A stretch of DNA of 64,000 bases from Eledone cirrhosa (GCA_964016885.1 OZ024744.1:44330001-44394000), one strand, 5' to 3'. Positions 1 through 12,841 are shown, counted from the stretch's first letter. The notes: generated by a model from the letters alone, not told the origin. Made by a program: numbers and translations.

Positions 1-79
1 TGTGCATGTGGATGTATGTATTGTGTGTGCGTGTGTGTGTGTGTGTATGTATGTGTGTATGTGTATGTATATATATGTT

Positions 80-136
<57 letters not shown>

Positions 137-199
137 ATGTGTATATATGTGTGTGTGTGTATGTGTGTGTATATGTATGTGTGTGTGTATGTATGTGTG

Positions 200-264
<65 letters not shown>

Positions 265-312
265 GTATATGTATATGTATGTATGTGTGGATGAAGGTAT
301 GTGTGTATATAT
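1..312. repeat. Compound (TG)n/(TA)n microsatellite (one of dozens in the window)
   Basis: Directly visible dinucleotide repeats; the overlapping ORFs are YI/VC/HT repeat translations. Confidence 0.95.
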
Positions 313-630
313 AGGTGTAAGTGCACTAAATCCCTTTCTATCACGCTCCACTCTCCTACCCACCACAGGAAGATATGTGTATGTATATTGCTTCCACCCC
401 CTCAATGACCAGCAGCTGGCCAGTTGGCGATTGCTAAATCTGACCTTTATAAAATAACCCACACCCCAAATAACTTCTCATTCACTACCAGAAAGGGACA
501 CAGCAGTCAACCTGTTGTTGCTACCTAGATGAAAACTGCTATGAAATCCCACAATAAATTTTATACTTGAATTTTCAAATCTCAAATTTTAACTCTTCGT
601 ATTATTAATTTTTCTTAATATTAATCAACA

Positions 631-672
631 TTTGAAAAGATGGCTTTTGTAGACCCATCGAAACCGGTCATT
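631..672 (+). ncRNA. Degenerate minimal hammerhead ribozyme remnant
   Basis: ttgaaaaga-tgg...cca-tc-GAAA-ccgg-TC. The 3' half is canonical (GAAA, palindromic CCGG, UC), but the CUGANGA box is decayed. Confidence 0.4.
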
Positions 673-811
673 TTTTATACCCTTTATTATTTCCTTACCT
701 TATAAAATTACGTTTTTTCACAAAAAAGTATTCTGTCTCTTATATATTCCATGTGCCATTACCAACCTCAATTTTCTCTATAACCTTCGTTTTGTGTAGA
801 AAATTACACTG

Positions 812-864
<53 letters not shown>

Positions 865-921
865 CAACGGTCAATTTTTAAAGGGGTACATCAATGTCTA
901 TTTATAAAACTGTTATATATT

Positions 922-988
922 GTATTTTGTCTGATGAAGGCATACCATAACGTAACTTGGTATCCTTGAAATATATTATAATGAAATA
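922..988 (+). ncRNA. Minimal type-I hammerhead ribozyme
   Basis: ttgt-CTGATGA-aggcatacca..tggtatcctt-GAAA-tata-TT-ataa, followed by AATAAA. Stems I and II pair; loop III palindrome is TATA. Confidence 0.75.
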
Positions 989-1027
989 AATATGGTTTTA
1001 TAAATATAGTTTCCATTTATTAATATC

Positions 1028-1067
<40 letters not shown>

Positions 1068-1071
<4 letters not shown>

Positions 1072-1258
1072 CGAAGGAATTGTGGTAAGGAACCAGATGG
1101 ACCATAACGCACCAAAGTACTCAATACTTAGAGTAGTAGAGTGGGTAATAGGAACAAGTATGACCCCAACGGCAGAGCTCAAGCCGTTTCGACGGCTATT
1201 TCTGAAATAACCGTCGAAACGGCTTGAGCTCTGCCGCCGGGGTCATACTTGTTCTTAT
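1068..1258 (-). mobile_element. Short fold-back element (probable extreme 3' end of a PLE-type retroelement), second copy at 46561-46751
   Basis: About 50-bp inverted arms centred near 1203; flanked by (TA)n; 1068-1150 is the near-exact reverse complement of ~46660-46751. Confidence 0.65.
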
Positions 1259-1632
1259 ATATATATATATATCTGTATGAAGTAATTCCGTCGGAAACGT
1301 CCAGGAAAAAAGAGTGCTCTATGTAGGTTACAGGGCTTATTAGTTATGTAATAAACGACATAAGATAATTATTTCATTTACCAGTGGTTTCTTGAACGCA
1401 AACAAAATTTGCTTTCAGTCATCAGAATGAAAAAATCCTGGTGTATTTATTGACAGTGGATTTTAAAAACAAAAATATAATATATATGAAAGTGAGGCTG
1501 GAAAAGGAAGAAGGAAAGGAAAAAAATATATAAAAGTAGATAAACACACACTCACACATACACACACATACACACACACATACATACAGACATATATATA
1601 TATATATATATACATACACATACATATATACA

Positions 1633-1691
<59 letters not shown>

Positions 1692-2109
1692 ATACATACA
1701 CATACACATAAATACACAAACACACACATATATACACACACACATATATATATATATATATACACATACATACACACGCATACATACACACATATATACA
1801 CGCATACATACGCACACACATATATAGATGTATATACACACCTACATACGCACACACAATTAATTATAATAAAAAATAAAAAACCATGAACAACCATATA
1901 ATGCAATAGGCCGTCACATACAAATAAAAAATATCAAATAAGACTGAAGAAAATAAGAATTATTATTAAGTTGACAGCGATACAGGAAAGGACACAAATA
2001 AATAAACAAACACACGTGGTAAGCAATACACACATATATACACATACACATACATACATATAAATATATACATACACACACACATATACACTCACATATA
2101 CACACACAG

Positions 2110-2163
<54 letters not shown>

Positions 2164-2170
<7 letters not shown>

Positions 2171-2862
2171 AGCCCTCTGCCACACATATCGGATATTGTT
2201 TATCGTTAATTCGTGAGCTGTTTTTCCGATTCTCGATTATACTCCAATTTAGCTCTAGACCTTAGCTATTGACCAGTTAATTTTATTGATTATTTTTTTG
2301 TCGATCTTATTGACTGATGAACAGCTCTTGTTAATTTTAACACGTCTGTTGAGCACTCTGATTCGATATGTGATATTTTGTATTCTTACATAATTTGCAC
2401 ATCACCGAAATCTTTCGCTAATGTAGAGGTTATCTCCCTTGCTGGGTAACATGTGCGTTTCTGGCTAAGGGTCCCATCTTTATTTTCGGACGGATCCCGT
2501 TGAGAGAGCTCTTCCGCGTCCAGTCCTTCTCTAGAAATCTTATATATTTTTTATGTGGGCTGATAGTGAATGGATTAAGGAATTGTAGAAACCCAAGAAG
2601 CTAGATTTAACACCCTTCAAGCGGGTCCGGGTGAGTTTTTTACATTCATTTAATTTATTGATTTATTGATATTTTATTTGAGTGACCCGAATCTTCCTGG
2701 TCGTTCCTTTTCGGCTGTACGGGTGATTTTAGGCATAATCTCTATGTGTTGGTAATTTAAGGATGGTTGTAGCTCTGATTTATCCAAATTATTGAGCCCT
2801 CTGCCACACATATCGGATATTGTTTATCGTTAATTCGTGAGTTGTTTTTCCGATTTTCGATT
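2164..2862 (+). mobile_element. Non-coding element with ~75-bp terminal direct repeats between (TA)n tracts
   Basis: attattgagccctctgccacacatatcggatattg... occurs at ~2164 and ~2788; motifs agaaacccaa and gggtccgggt recur at ~45870-45915. Confidence 0.6.
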
Positions 2863-2866
2863 ATTC

Positions 2867-3012
<146 letters not shown>

Positions 3013-3079
3013 TTATAAATATTTATATATATTTATATATATTCATATATAATTATATATATATATATTTATATATATT

Positions 3080-3110
<31 letters not shown>

Positions 3111-3253
3111 ATAGAAATTGGAATAAATGCTCTGAAATAGCGATATATATGTGAATATAGACATAGAATATTCGAAAATATTCTGTATGTTTATAATAAA
3201 CATTTTGAAGACCTAATCGCTATAGAATAGAATACGTCACGTATTACAATTAG

Positions 3254-3342
3254 ATTCTCGATAAAAGCAAGGGAAGTAATCTACGCGTTTCATTCTCGTT
3301 AGAAATCATCAGGACTACATATCCAGTGCTTTTATCGAGAAT
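3254..3342 (-). ncRNA. Type-I hammerhead ribozyme (repeated at +310 intervals: 3564, 3874, 4184, 4494)
   Basis: Reverse complement of the motif described at 4946-5034. Confidence 0.9.
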
Positions 3343-4945
3343 GACACAGCTAGAGACTTATAGAATACTTAGCTGTGTACAGGAACTGGTTTGAAAGAGC
3401 GGTTGCCGGTCCGGCAGAAATTAGAAATTGGAATGAATGCTCTGAAATAGCGATATATATGTGAATATAGACATAGAATATTCGAAAATATTCTGTATGT
3501 TTATAATAAACATTTTGAAGACCTAATCGCTATAGAATAGAATACGTCACGTATTACAATTAGATTCTCGATAAAAGCAAGGGAAGTAATCTACGCGTTT
3601 CATTCTCGTTAGAAATCATCAGGACTACATATCCAGTGCTTTTATCGAGAATGACACAGCTAGAGACTTATAGAATACTTAGCTGTGTACAGGAACTGGT
3701 TTGAAAGAGCGGTTGCCGGTCCGGCAGAAATTAGAAATTGGAATAAATGCTCTGAAATAGCGATATATATGTGAATATAGACATAGAATATTCGAAAATA
3801 TTCTGTATGTTTATAATAAACATTTTGAAGACCTAATCGCTATAGAATAGAATACGTCACGTATTACAATTAGATTCTCGATAAAAGCAAGGGAAGTAAT
3901 CTACGCGTTTCATTCTCGTTAGAAATCATCAGGACTACATATCCAGTGCTTTTATCGAGAATGACACAGCTAGAGACTTATAGAATACTTAGCTGTGTAC
4001 AGGAACTGGTTTGAAAGAGCGGTTGCCGGTCCGGCAGAAATTAGAAATTGGAATAAATGCTCTGAAATAGCGATATATATGTGAATATAGACATAGAATA
4101 TTCGAAAATATTCTGTATGTTTATAATAAACATTTTGAAGACCTAATCGCTATAGAATAGAATACGTCACGTATTACAATTAGATTCTCGATAAAAGCAA
4201 GGGAAGTAATCTACGCGTTTCATTCTCGTTAGAAATCATCAGGACTACATATCCAGTGCTTTTATCGAGAATGACACAGCTAGAGACTTATAGAATACTT
4301 AGCTGTGTACAGGAACTGGTTTGAAAGAGCGGTTGCCGGTCCGGCAGAAATTAGAAATTGGAATAAATGCTCTGAAATAGCGATATATATGTGAATATAG
4401 ACATAGAATATTCGAAAATATTCTGTATGTTTATAATAAACATTTTGAAGACCTAATCGCTATAGAATAGAATACGTCACGTATTACAATTAGATTCTCG
4501 ATAAAAGCAAGGGAAGTAATCTACGCGTTTCATTCTCGTTAGAAATCATCAGGACTACATATCCAGTGCTTTTATCGAGAATGACACAGCTAGAGACTTA
4601 TAGAATACTTAGCTGTGTACAGGAACTGGTTTGAAAGAGCGGTTGCCGGTCCGGCAGAAATTAGAAATTGGAATAAATGCTCTGAAATAGCGATATATAT
4701 GTGAATATAGACATAGAATATTCGAAAATATTCTGTATGTTTATAATAAACATTTTGAAGACCTAATCGCTATAGAATAGAATACGTCACGTATTACAAT
4801 TAGATTCTCGATAAAAGCAAGGGAAGTAATCTACGCGCTATTTCAGAGCATTTATTCCAATTTCTAATTTCTGCCGGACCGGCAACCGCTCTTTCAAACC
4901 AGTTCCTGTACACAGCTAAGTATTCTATAAGTCTCTAGCTGTGTC

Positions 4946-5034
4946 ATTCTCGATAAAAGCACTGGATATGTAGTCCTGATGATTTCTAACGAGAATGAAA
5001 CGCGTAGATTACTTCCCTTGCTTTTATCGAGAAT
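4946..5034 (+). ncRNA. Type-I hammerhead ribozyme (second + copy 5256-5344)
   Basis: gtagtc-CTGATGA-t-ttct-aacg-agaa-t-GAAA-cgcg-TA-gattac. Stem I is extended beyond an internal loop by the perfect 16-bp pair attctcgataaaagca/tgcttttatcgagaat. Confidence 0.9.
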
Positions 5035-5520
5035 CTAATTGTAATACGTGACGTATTCTATTCTATAGCGATTAGGTCTTCAAAATGTTTATTATAAACA
5101 TACAGAATATTTTCGAATATTCTATGTCTATATTCACATATATATCGCTATTTCAGAGCATTTATTCCAATTTCTAATTTCTGCCGGACCGGCAACCGCT
5201 CTTTCAAACCAGTTCCTGTACACAGCTAAGTATTCTATAAGTCTCTAGCTGTGTCATTCTCGATAAAAGCACTGGATATGTAGTCCTGATGATTTCTAAC
5301 GAGAATGAAACGCGTAGATTACTTCCCTTGCTTTTATCGAGAATCTAATTGTAATACGTGACGTATTCTATTCTATAGCGATTAGGTCTTCAAAATGTTT
5401 ATTATAAACATACAGAATATTTTCATATATATATATATTTATATATATTTATATATATATATATATTTATATATATTTATATATATTTATATATATATAT
5501 ATTTATATATATATATATAT

Positions 5521-5574
5521 ATAATAAACGTCGGCTAAACTGATGCGTGCATGTATGTATGTGTACCTGTATGC

Positions 5575-5655
<81 letters not shown>

Positions 5656-6560
5656 TGCTACTGTACGTCTGTATACATATATGTATGTACGTATACATAC
5701 ATACTTACATTTAAGTAAGTGCCATACTAAGAGTGAGAAATGAAATTTCGTTTTCATTTTTTTTCAACTTGTCGTTTTCGGTATGCCTGACCGATTTAAC
5801 TCCCTCAATATGCAAATTAGGCTGCTCAGCCGTTAATTTTCATAAGGAAAGTATATACTTTCGAACGTTCAACTATCTGGCAGATGGGTAAACGGTGCTG
5901 ATGATAGCTAACAAGCTTGAAACTAGTACATCGTTCCTGTGTCAGTGTTGAACAAAGAGGTGACGTGGTTGCCTTAACACCGTATGGCATAAATTCAGGC
6001 TGTTCGGTTTGTTGACAAACAAGCGAACAAAGCTGCGTTATAATAAACGTCGGCTAAACTGATGCGTGCATGTATGTATGTGTACCTGTATGCATATGTG
6101 TGTATATATATATATATATGCATGCTACTGTACGTCTGTATACATATATGTATGTACGTATACATACATACTTACATTTAAGTAAGTGCCATACTAAGAG
6201 TGAGAAATGAAATTTCGTTTTCATTTTTTTTCAACTTGTCGTTTTCGGTATGCCTGACCGATTTAACTTACTCAATATGCAAATTAGGCTGCTCAGCCGT
6301 TAATTTTCATAAGGAAAGTATATACTTTCGAACGTTCAACTATCTGACAGATGGGTAAACGGTGCTGATGATAGCTAACAAGCTTGAAACTAGTACATCG
6401 TTCCTGTGTCAGTGTTGAACAAAAAAGTGACGTGGTTGCCTTAACACCGTATGGCATAAATTCAGGCTGTTAGGTTTGTTGACAAACAAGCGAACAAAGC
6501 TGCGTTATAATAAACGTCGGCTAAACTGATGCGTGTATGTATGTATGTGTACCTGTATGC

Positions 6561-6599
<39 letters not shown>

Positions 6600-7037
6600 T
6601 CCTACTGTACGTCTGTATACATATATGTATGTACGTATACATACATACTTACATTTAAGTAAATGCCATACTAAGAGTGAGAAATGAAATTTCGTTTTCA
6701 TTTTTTTTCAACTTGTTGTTTTCGGTATGCCTGACCGATTTAACTCACTCAATATGCAAATTAGGCTGCTCAGCCGTTAATTTTCATAAGGAAAGTATAT
6801 ACTTTCGAACGTTCAACTATCTGGCAGATGGGTAAACGGTGCTGATGATAGCTAACAAGCTTGGAACTAGTACATCGTTCCTGTGTCAGTGTTGAACAAA
6901 AAGGTGACGTGGTTGCCTTAACACCGTATGGCATAAATTCAGGCTGTTCGGTTTGTTGACAAACAAGCGAACAAAGCTGCGTTATAATAAACGTCGGCTA
7001 AACTGATGCGTGCATGTATGTATGTGTACCTGTATGC

Positions 7038-7080
<43 letters not shown>

Positions 7081-7193
7081 TGCTACTGTACGTCTGTATA
7101 CATATATGTATGTACGTATACATACATACTTACATTTAAGTAAGTGCCTTACTAAGAGTGAGAAATGAAATTTCGTTTTCATTTTTTTTCAAC
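5521..7193 (+). repeat. ~470-520-bp tandem array (~3.4 units) with one hammerhead per unit and an internal variable (TA)n
   Basis: ataataaacgtcggctaaactgatgcg recurs at ~5521, 6040, 6507 and 6984. Confidence 0.95.
5891..5935 (+). ncRNA. Type-I hammerhead ribozyme (copies at ~6358-6402 intact and ~6835-6879 with GAAA>GGAA)
   Basis: aacggtg-CTGATGA-t-agct-aaca-agct-t-GAAA-ctag-TA-catcgtt; all stems pair. Confidence 0.9.
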
Positions 7194-7244
7194 TATATAT
7201 ATATATATTTATATATATATATTTATATATATATATATTTATAT

Positions 7245-7720
7245 ATTTCGTTTCTGAATTTGTTTAGCAAGATTATTTATCTGAAAACGTGTGTTGAAAC
7301 CGACATTGTTATACTTTGGGAGGGTCATGTTGCCAATAAGAAACACACGCACCAGTTGTTTCACTTCAATTTATTATAATAAATTTATAAATTTAGGAAT
7401 TTATAAATTTCCGGTTGGTTGGTTGGTTTCACAACCAGATGATTGTTTATATATTGTCAAAGTTCTTTCGTCACACATTCTGTGACCTCTTCAGAGACTG
7501 GGATTATTTTCTTTGTTTTTCTGCCTCTCCTACGCCATCTTGTTTTTGTGTGTGTTGTGTGCTAAGTTTGCGCATGTGTTACATCCGGGTGTCTGTGTGT
7601 GTTTATATTTGTTTATTTATTTGTTTATTTACATGTTACTGGTTGGTTGTTTGTTCTATGTGCGTGTGTGTTTTCATTTTGTCCTTAATTGTAAGTTGTG
7701 ATGTTGCTGTTCCATTCATG
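7245..7720 (-). mobile_element. 3' end (last codons, 3'UTR, HHR at 7455-7499) of PLE family B
   Basis: Strong similarity to 11105-11590, including the stop-codon region of the 11558-12115 ORF. Confidence 0.85.
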
Positions 7721-7747
7721 AATGGAACAGCAACATCACAATTTTGA

Positions 7748-9405
7748 TTGGTCGGTATCCCCAAAGTACATAAAAGCGAATTAATAAGTAAGGCATGCAA
7801 GGCAGCCACAGACATAGTCATCAATGTCCCTTCACCCAATGATCTCAAATTAAGACCTATAATAGCAGGCCCTGCTTGCGAAACCCACCGCCTCAGCAAC
7901 TTCATTGATGCCCTTCTCAAGCCTTTTCTCAAACACATCAAAAGCTATATAAGGGACGACCTAGATATGCTCAATCACCTCCCTAATATGCCACTTTCTG
8001 AACAAACCCTACTAGTGACGTTCGATGTAGTCAACCTATACTCCAACATCCCCCACAACCTAGGAATAGAAGCTATCCAATTCTGGCTGGATAATTACCA
8101 CAATGAACTCCCACAACGCATCAAAAAAGAATTCGTGATAGAGGGACTCAAATTTATCTTGGAGAACAATTACTTCGTTTTCAATAACAAACCCTACGGG
8201 CAGAAATCTGGGACCGCTATGGGAACGAAAACAGCCCCCACTTATGCCAACCTAGTCATGGGATACCTGGAAATCACCCTCTACACTAAAGTCCTAAACA
8301 AATTTGGAAACACTCTCCACTTACACATAGAAAGGAACTGGAAGCGATATCTAGATGACTGCTTCATCCTTTGGCACGAAAACATCTAGAAACCTAAAGA
8401 ATTTCACACCCTTATAAATGGGCTCAACACGAATATTAACTTCACGATGGAATACAGCCATCAACAACTCCCCTTCCTCGACATCCTCATTAAGATCCAT
8501 AACAAAAAAATAGAAACAGACATATACTACAAGCCCACAGACTCCAATATCTTCCTTTCAACTCTTGCCACCCGGGACACGTTAAAATTAATATTCCCTA
8601 CAACTTAGCCAAGAGAATCTGTGCTATAGTCTCCAATAAAAACACCTGCAACTTACGGCTACAAGAACTAAAGGACACACTCATAGGCAGGGAATACCCT
8701 GCATCACTAATTGACAATGGAATCCAACGTGCCCTAAAACTTAGTACCCAGGACCTTAGACACCCTAAAGTAAATCAACCGAAACTAAAAGCTCTTCCAT
8801 ACATCTCCACACACAACCACCTCAACAATGAGGCCTTTGACACCATCCTCCAGAACATCCCTGTGTTGAAAAAGGACCATAGAATGAACCAAATCCTACG
8901 AACACACGATATCATAAAGAGCAAAAGACAATCTAAGTCAATGAAAAACATCCTAACACATGCCAAAGTACTGCCAACCACAACAACGAAACCCACAGTA
9001 AAAAAATGCGATAGACCCAACTGTGGCATCTGCATCAACCTAATAGAGGGTTCGGAATTCTATTTCAAAGAAGGACAACGTTTTATAGTAAAACACAATT
9101 TCACATGCGCATCAGAAAATCTAATATATGTATTAACTTGCTCAGGTTGTCGAGAACAATACATAGGCCAGACCAAAAACAGCCTCCGCCAACGTATGAC
9201 TGTCCATAGATCCCAAATTAAAATACGGGAATACAGGAAAATACCACTGAGTGAACACATTGATACCTGTGCCGCCCAAAATCAACCCAACTTCAGAATC
9301 TTTCCCCTCTACAAATTTAAAGATAATGCCACCCACACCCAGCGCATCAGCAAGGAATCTTATTTTATTAACAAATACGGACCCCGTCTAAACACTTCTC
9401 CCTAA
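7748..9405 (+). pseudogene. Penelope-like element family A, RT + GIY-YIG endonuclease (Neptune-like Cys linker), 5'-truncated
   Basis: PKVHK, LRPII, FDVVNLYSNIP, GTAMG and RYLDD motifs; C-terminal CDRPNCGIC, IYVLTC..C..QYIGQT..LRQR...H. In-frame TAG at 8387 and a frameshift near 8550. Confidence 0.92.
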
Positions 9406-10095
9406 GACGAACCCACAACATACACACGTCAACATACATACCTACATCAGGATACATCTCTACCCACATATAAACACAATGACATACGTAAACACACATG
9501 TTCTATGGTGCAACACAAATATACACAAATTTGCATACCTTTTGATGTCTATAGATATAAACGTGCCGACACACACACATACATAAATGCACACATGCAT
9601 TGCACACTGATGCGCACATAATATTTGTGCACAGGTATTCCAATACGGCAAGGCCTAATGAATTCCCCTTGCAGTACGTACAATCTGGACACACTCCAGA
9701 TATATATTTGTGCACAGGTATACAATTTCTGGACACACTCCAGATAGATATTTGTGCACAGGTATACAATTTCTGGACACACTCCAGATACATATTTGTG
9801 CACAGGTATTCCAATACGGCAAGGCCTAATGGATCCCCCTTGCAGTACGTACAATCTGGAAACACTCTCACACACACCTTGGTATTATGCCAATACTATA
9901 TATCATTTCACACCTTTTATTATTAAGGTTTTTGATGTTCTATTGAGAGAATCAATTTTACTGAAAATATCGAATAATATACACCATTTTAACAGAAATA
10001 AATACTAATCCACCCACCCACACACACACACATTCTCTCTCACACACACACATATATACACACACATATACACACGCGTACATTGACATACAAAG

Positions 10096-10175
<80 letters not shown>

Positions 10176-10259
10176 CTCCGTATAAGACAAGAGCTGAACA
10201 AATATCTTTTAACATGTTAAAATATCCCCCACACACTTAGAGACACACTAACATACAAA

Positions 10260-10297
<38 letters not shown>

Positions 10298-10410
10298 CAC
10301 TTCTCCGTATAAGACAAGAGCTGAAAAAATATCTTTTAACATGTTAAAATATCCCCCACACAATTACAGACACATTCCTACTGACCATCCCTCTACCACG
10401 AATTACTCTG

Positions 10411-10471
<61 letters not shown>

Positions 10472-10563
10472 TCTTAATAGGCATTTGAACTGTCAACAGG
10501 CTGCGGTTTCGTACACACATCCCTGCTGACCATTATCACAAAAAACGAACCTCTTTACTACTA

Positions 10564-10643
<80 letters not shown>

Positions 10644-10890
10644 TTGTTGTGAAATACTTATTTCTCAGTTAGCCGACACAAAGCTACATTTGGCGCAAAA
10701 TCAATTTTTTACATTCACATGACCTCTACCGACCAATCAAAATTGTTTTGACCACAATAATTTTGGCAACACGAATTGGCGCAAAACTTATTTTAATACC
10801 GCTGGAGCCACTTTTTTAACATAAAAACAGGTAGAATTTCCAAAACTAATCAGATTAGAGCAAACATCACAGACGCTCTATCTCAAAATT

Positions 10891-10929
10891 ATTTTTGAAA
10901 AGCATTAGAAATGCGCAACCGGTAAAACT
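10891..10929 (+). ncRNA. Degenerate hammerhead remnant
   Basis: ttt-TTGAAAA-gcatt-aga-aatgc-GCAA-ccgg-TA-aaa: topology and stem II retained, three core substitutions. Confidence 0.45.
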
Positions 10930-11038
10930 TAAAACCAAAACTGAATACTAACCAATACTATTACTAATTCTCACTTATTCCTAATTAAACTATTTTTCAC
11001 TGTGAACAATCTGGCAGCATTTTCTATTCCGTTTACCA

Positions 11039-11108
<70 letters not shown>

Positions 11109-11312
11109 CGTTTCTGAATTTGTTTAGCAAGATTCTTTATCTGAAATCGTGTGTTGAAACCGATATTGTTATACTTTGGGAGGGTCATGTTGCCAATAAG
11201 AAACACACGCACCAGTTGCTTTCACTTCAATTTATTATATATTTATAAATTTATAAATTTATAAATTTCTGGTTGGTTGGTTGGTTCCACAATCAGATAG
11301 TTGTTTATATAT

Positions 11313-11357
11313 AGTCATAGTTCTTTCGTCACACACTCTGTGACCTCTTCAGTGACT
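11313..11357 (-). ncRNA. Type-I hammerhead ribozyme in PLE-B 3'UTR
   Basis: Reverse complement reads agtca-CTGAAGA-g-gtcaca-gagtg-tgtgac-GAAA-gaac-TA-tgact. Confidence 0.88.
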
Positions 11358-12841
11358 GGGGATTCCTTTCTTTGTTTCTGTGCCTCTGCTTTGTTCTGTC
11401 CTACGCCATTTTGTTTCTGTGTGTGTGTTGTGTGCTCAGTCTGCGCATGCGCCACATCCGGGTGTCTGTGTGTGTTCATGTTCATTTATTTATTTGTTTA
11501 TTTACATATTACTGGTTGGTTGTTTGTTCTATGTGTGTGTGTGTTTTCATTTTGTCCTTAATTGTAAGTTGTGATGTTGCTGTTCCACTCATATTTTCTA
11601 TTTAATTTTGGTTGTAATTCTTTTATGTTTATTGCCTCTGTAATTTGTCTAAACATTGCGTCTTTTCTGTGTGTAGATTCTATTTTTATTTCTATGTTCT
11701 CTAATTTACCCTTGTGTTCTATCTTAGCATGTTGGTAGAGTACAGATGATTCTTTATTATCTTGAAGGTCTCGCCAGTGTTCATTTATCCGTTCCCCTAC
11801 ACTACGAGTTGTCTCACCTATGTACACTATATTTTTGTCTCTACATTGTCCTTCAGTACATCTTATGCTATACACTACATTTCTAGTTTTACAGTTAATA
11901 TGGGGGCTTATTTTACAGGTTATACATTTCTTATCTATACATGAGGGTCTTTGAAAAGGGTATGTCTTGCTAATAAGTGTTTTTACGGAGGTACCTGGTC
12001 TTTCTACTATCTTAATATTGAGTTTATGTTTATTTAGGGCCCTTCTAAATTTGTAAGCTAATTCACCTCTAGGGGTTGTATTGATGAACATTACACTGGT
12101 ATTTATTGCTATCATACCATGAGTTTATTCTATTAGCCTTGTTCCTAGTTCTTTATATTCTATTCCAAAATTTGCTCCTATACAAGAGGCAGGTCCCATT
12201 TATGTCATTATTTACCATTTTTTCCCATTTGGTTCTGGCTCCTCTATACACTCTGATTCTATCTCTCTGATTGTAGCCAGAGAACTGCATACGGTGGATG
12301 TAGTGTTGTATGTGTCTCTAGTTCTTTGGGGTTGCACATGCGGGACACGTTTCTCATCACCCGTACCAAATCCGCAATTAGTATGTTGATTTTGGTATGG
12401 TCCGAAATGGCCAAGTTTCGGTGGATCAGATGTTTGGAAGTCATGGGTTTGGCATAATGGGAATGGAGGATTTGTTTTTTGTTGTTAATGGTATCTAACC
12501 AGAGCTCTGTGTCTAGTACAGGTAATCGATGGTTGGGGTGTTTACTGTGGATGGAGTTTGCTATTTGCTGGATGCTTTCCATTGTGTTTTTCTCTAGTTC
12601 CTGACTGTTCTCTAGTGGGGGTGTCTTAACTACGATGTTTATATCATCTACGTAGCGGGAGTACATTATCATGGTTAAGGGGTCTTCTAATTGTTCTTTA
12701 AGTTTAAGTTTAAGTCTACTGTCCCACCATACCATGAATAAGTTGTGGCGCATGCGCAGACTGAGCACACAACACACACACAGAAACAAAATGGCGTAGG
12801 ACAGAACAAAGAAGAGGCACAGAAACAAAGAAAGGAATCCC

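Larger units (their letters stand above)
3112..5424. repeat. 310-bp tandem array with one hammerhead per unit (retrozyme-like): ~5.6 units then ~1.9 inverted units
   Basis: gaa(t)aaatgc recurs at 3121, 3431, 3741, 4051, 4361 and 4671; orientation flips at ~4837; flanked by (TA)n. Confidence 0.95.

Noticed and set aside
1270-1305. Hammerhead ending gaaacgtccagg
   Set aside because: No CUGANGA box or convincing stem II upstream.
2-2183. Many YIYI/VCVC/HTHT ORFs here and throughout the window
   Set aside because: Translations of dinucleotide microsatellites.
2600-2640. Twister ribozyme-like taacac...caagc...gtgag
   Set aside because: Could not build the P4 stem and both pseudoknots by eye.
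8387-8389. Programmed readthrough or selenocysteine in PLE ORFs (as known for some Naiad PLEs)
   Set aside because: The stops examined are TAG at non-Cys positions (also ~31937) and are accompanied by frameshifts; the endonuclease is C-terminal, not N-terminal. Ordinary decay.
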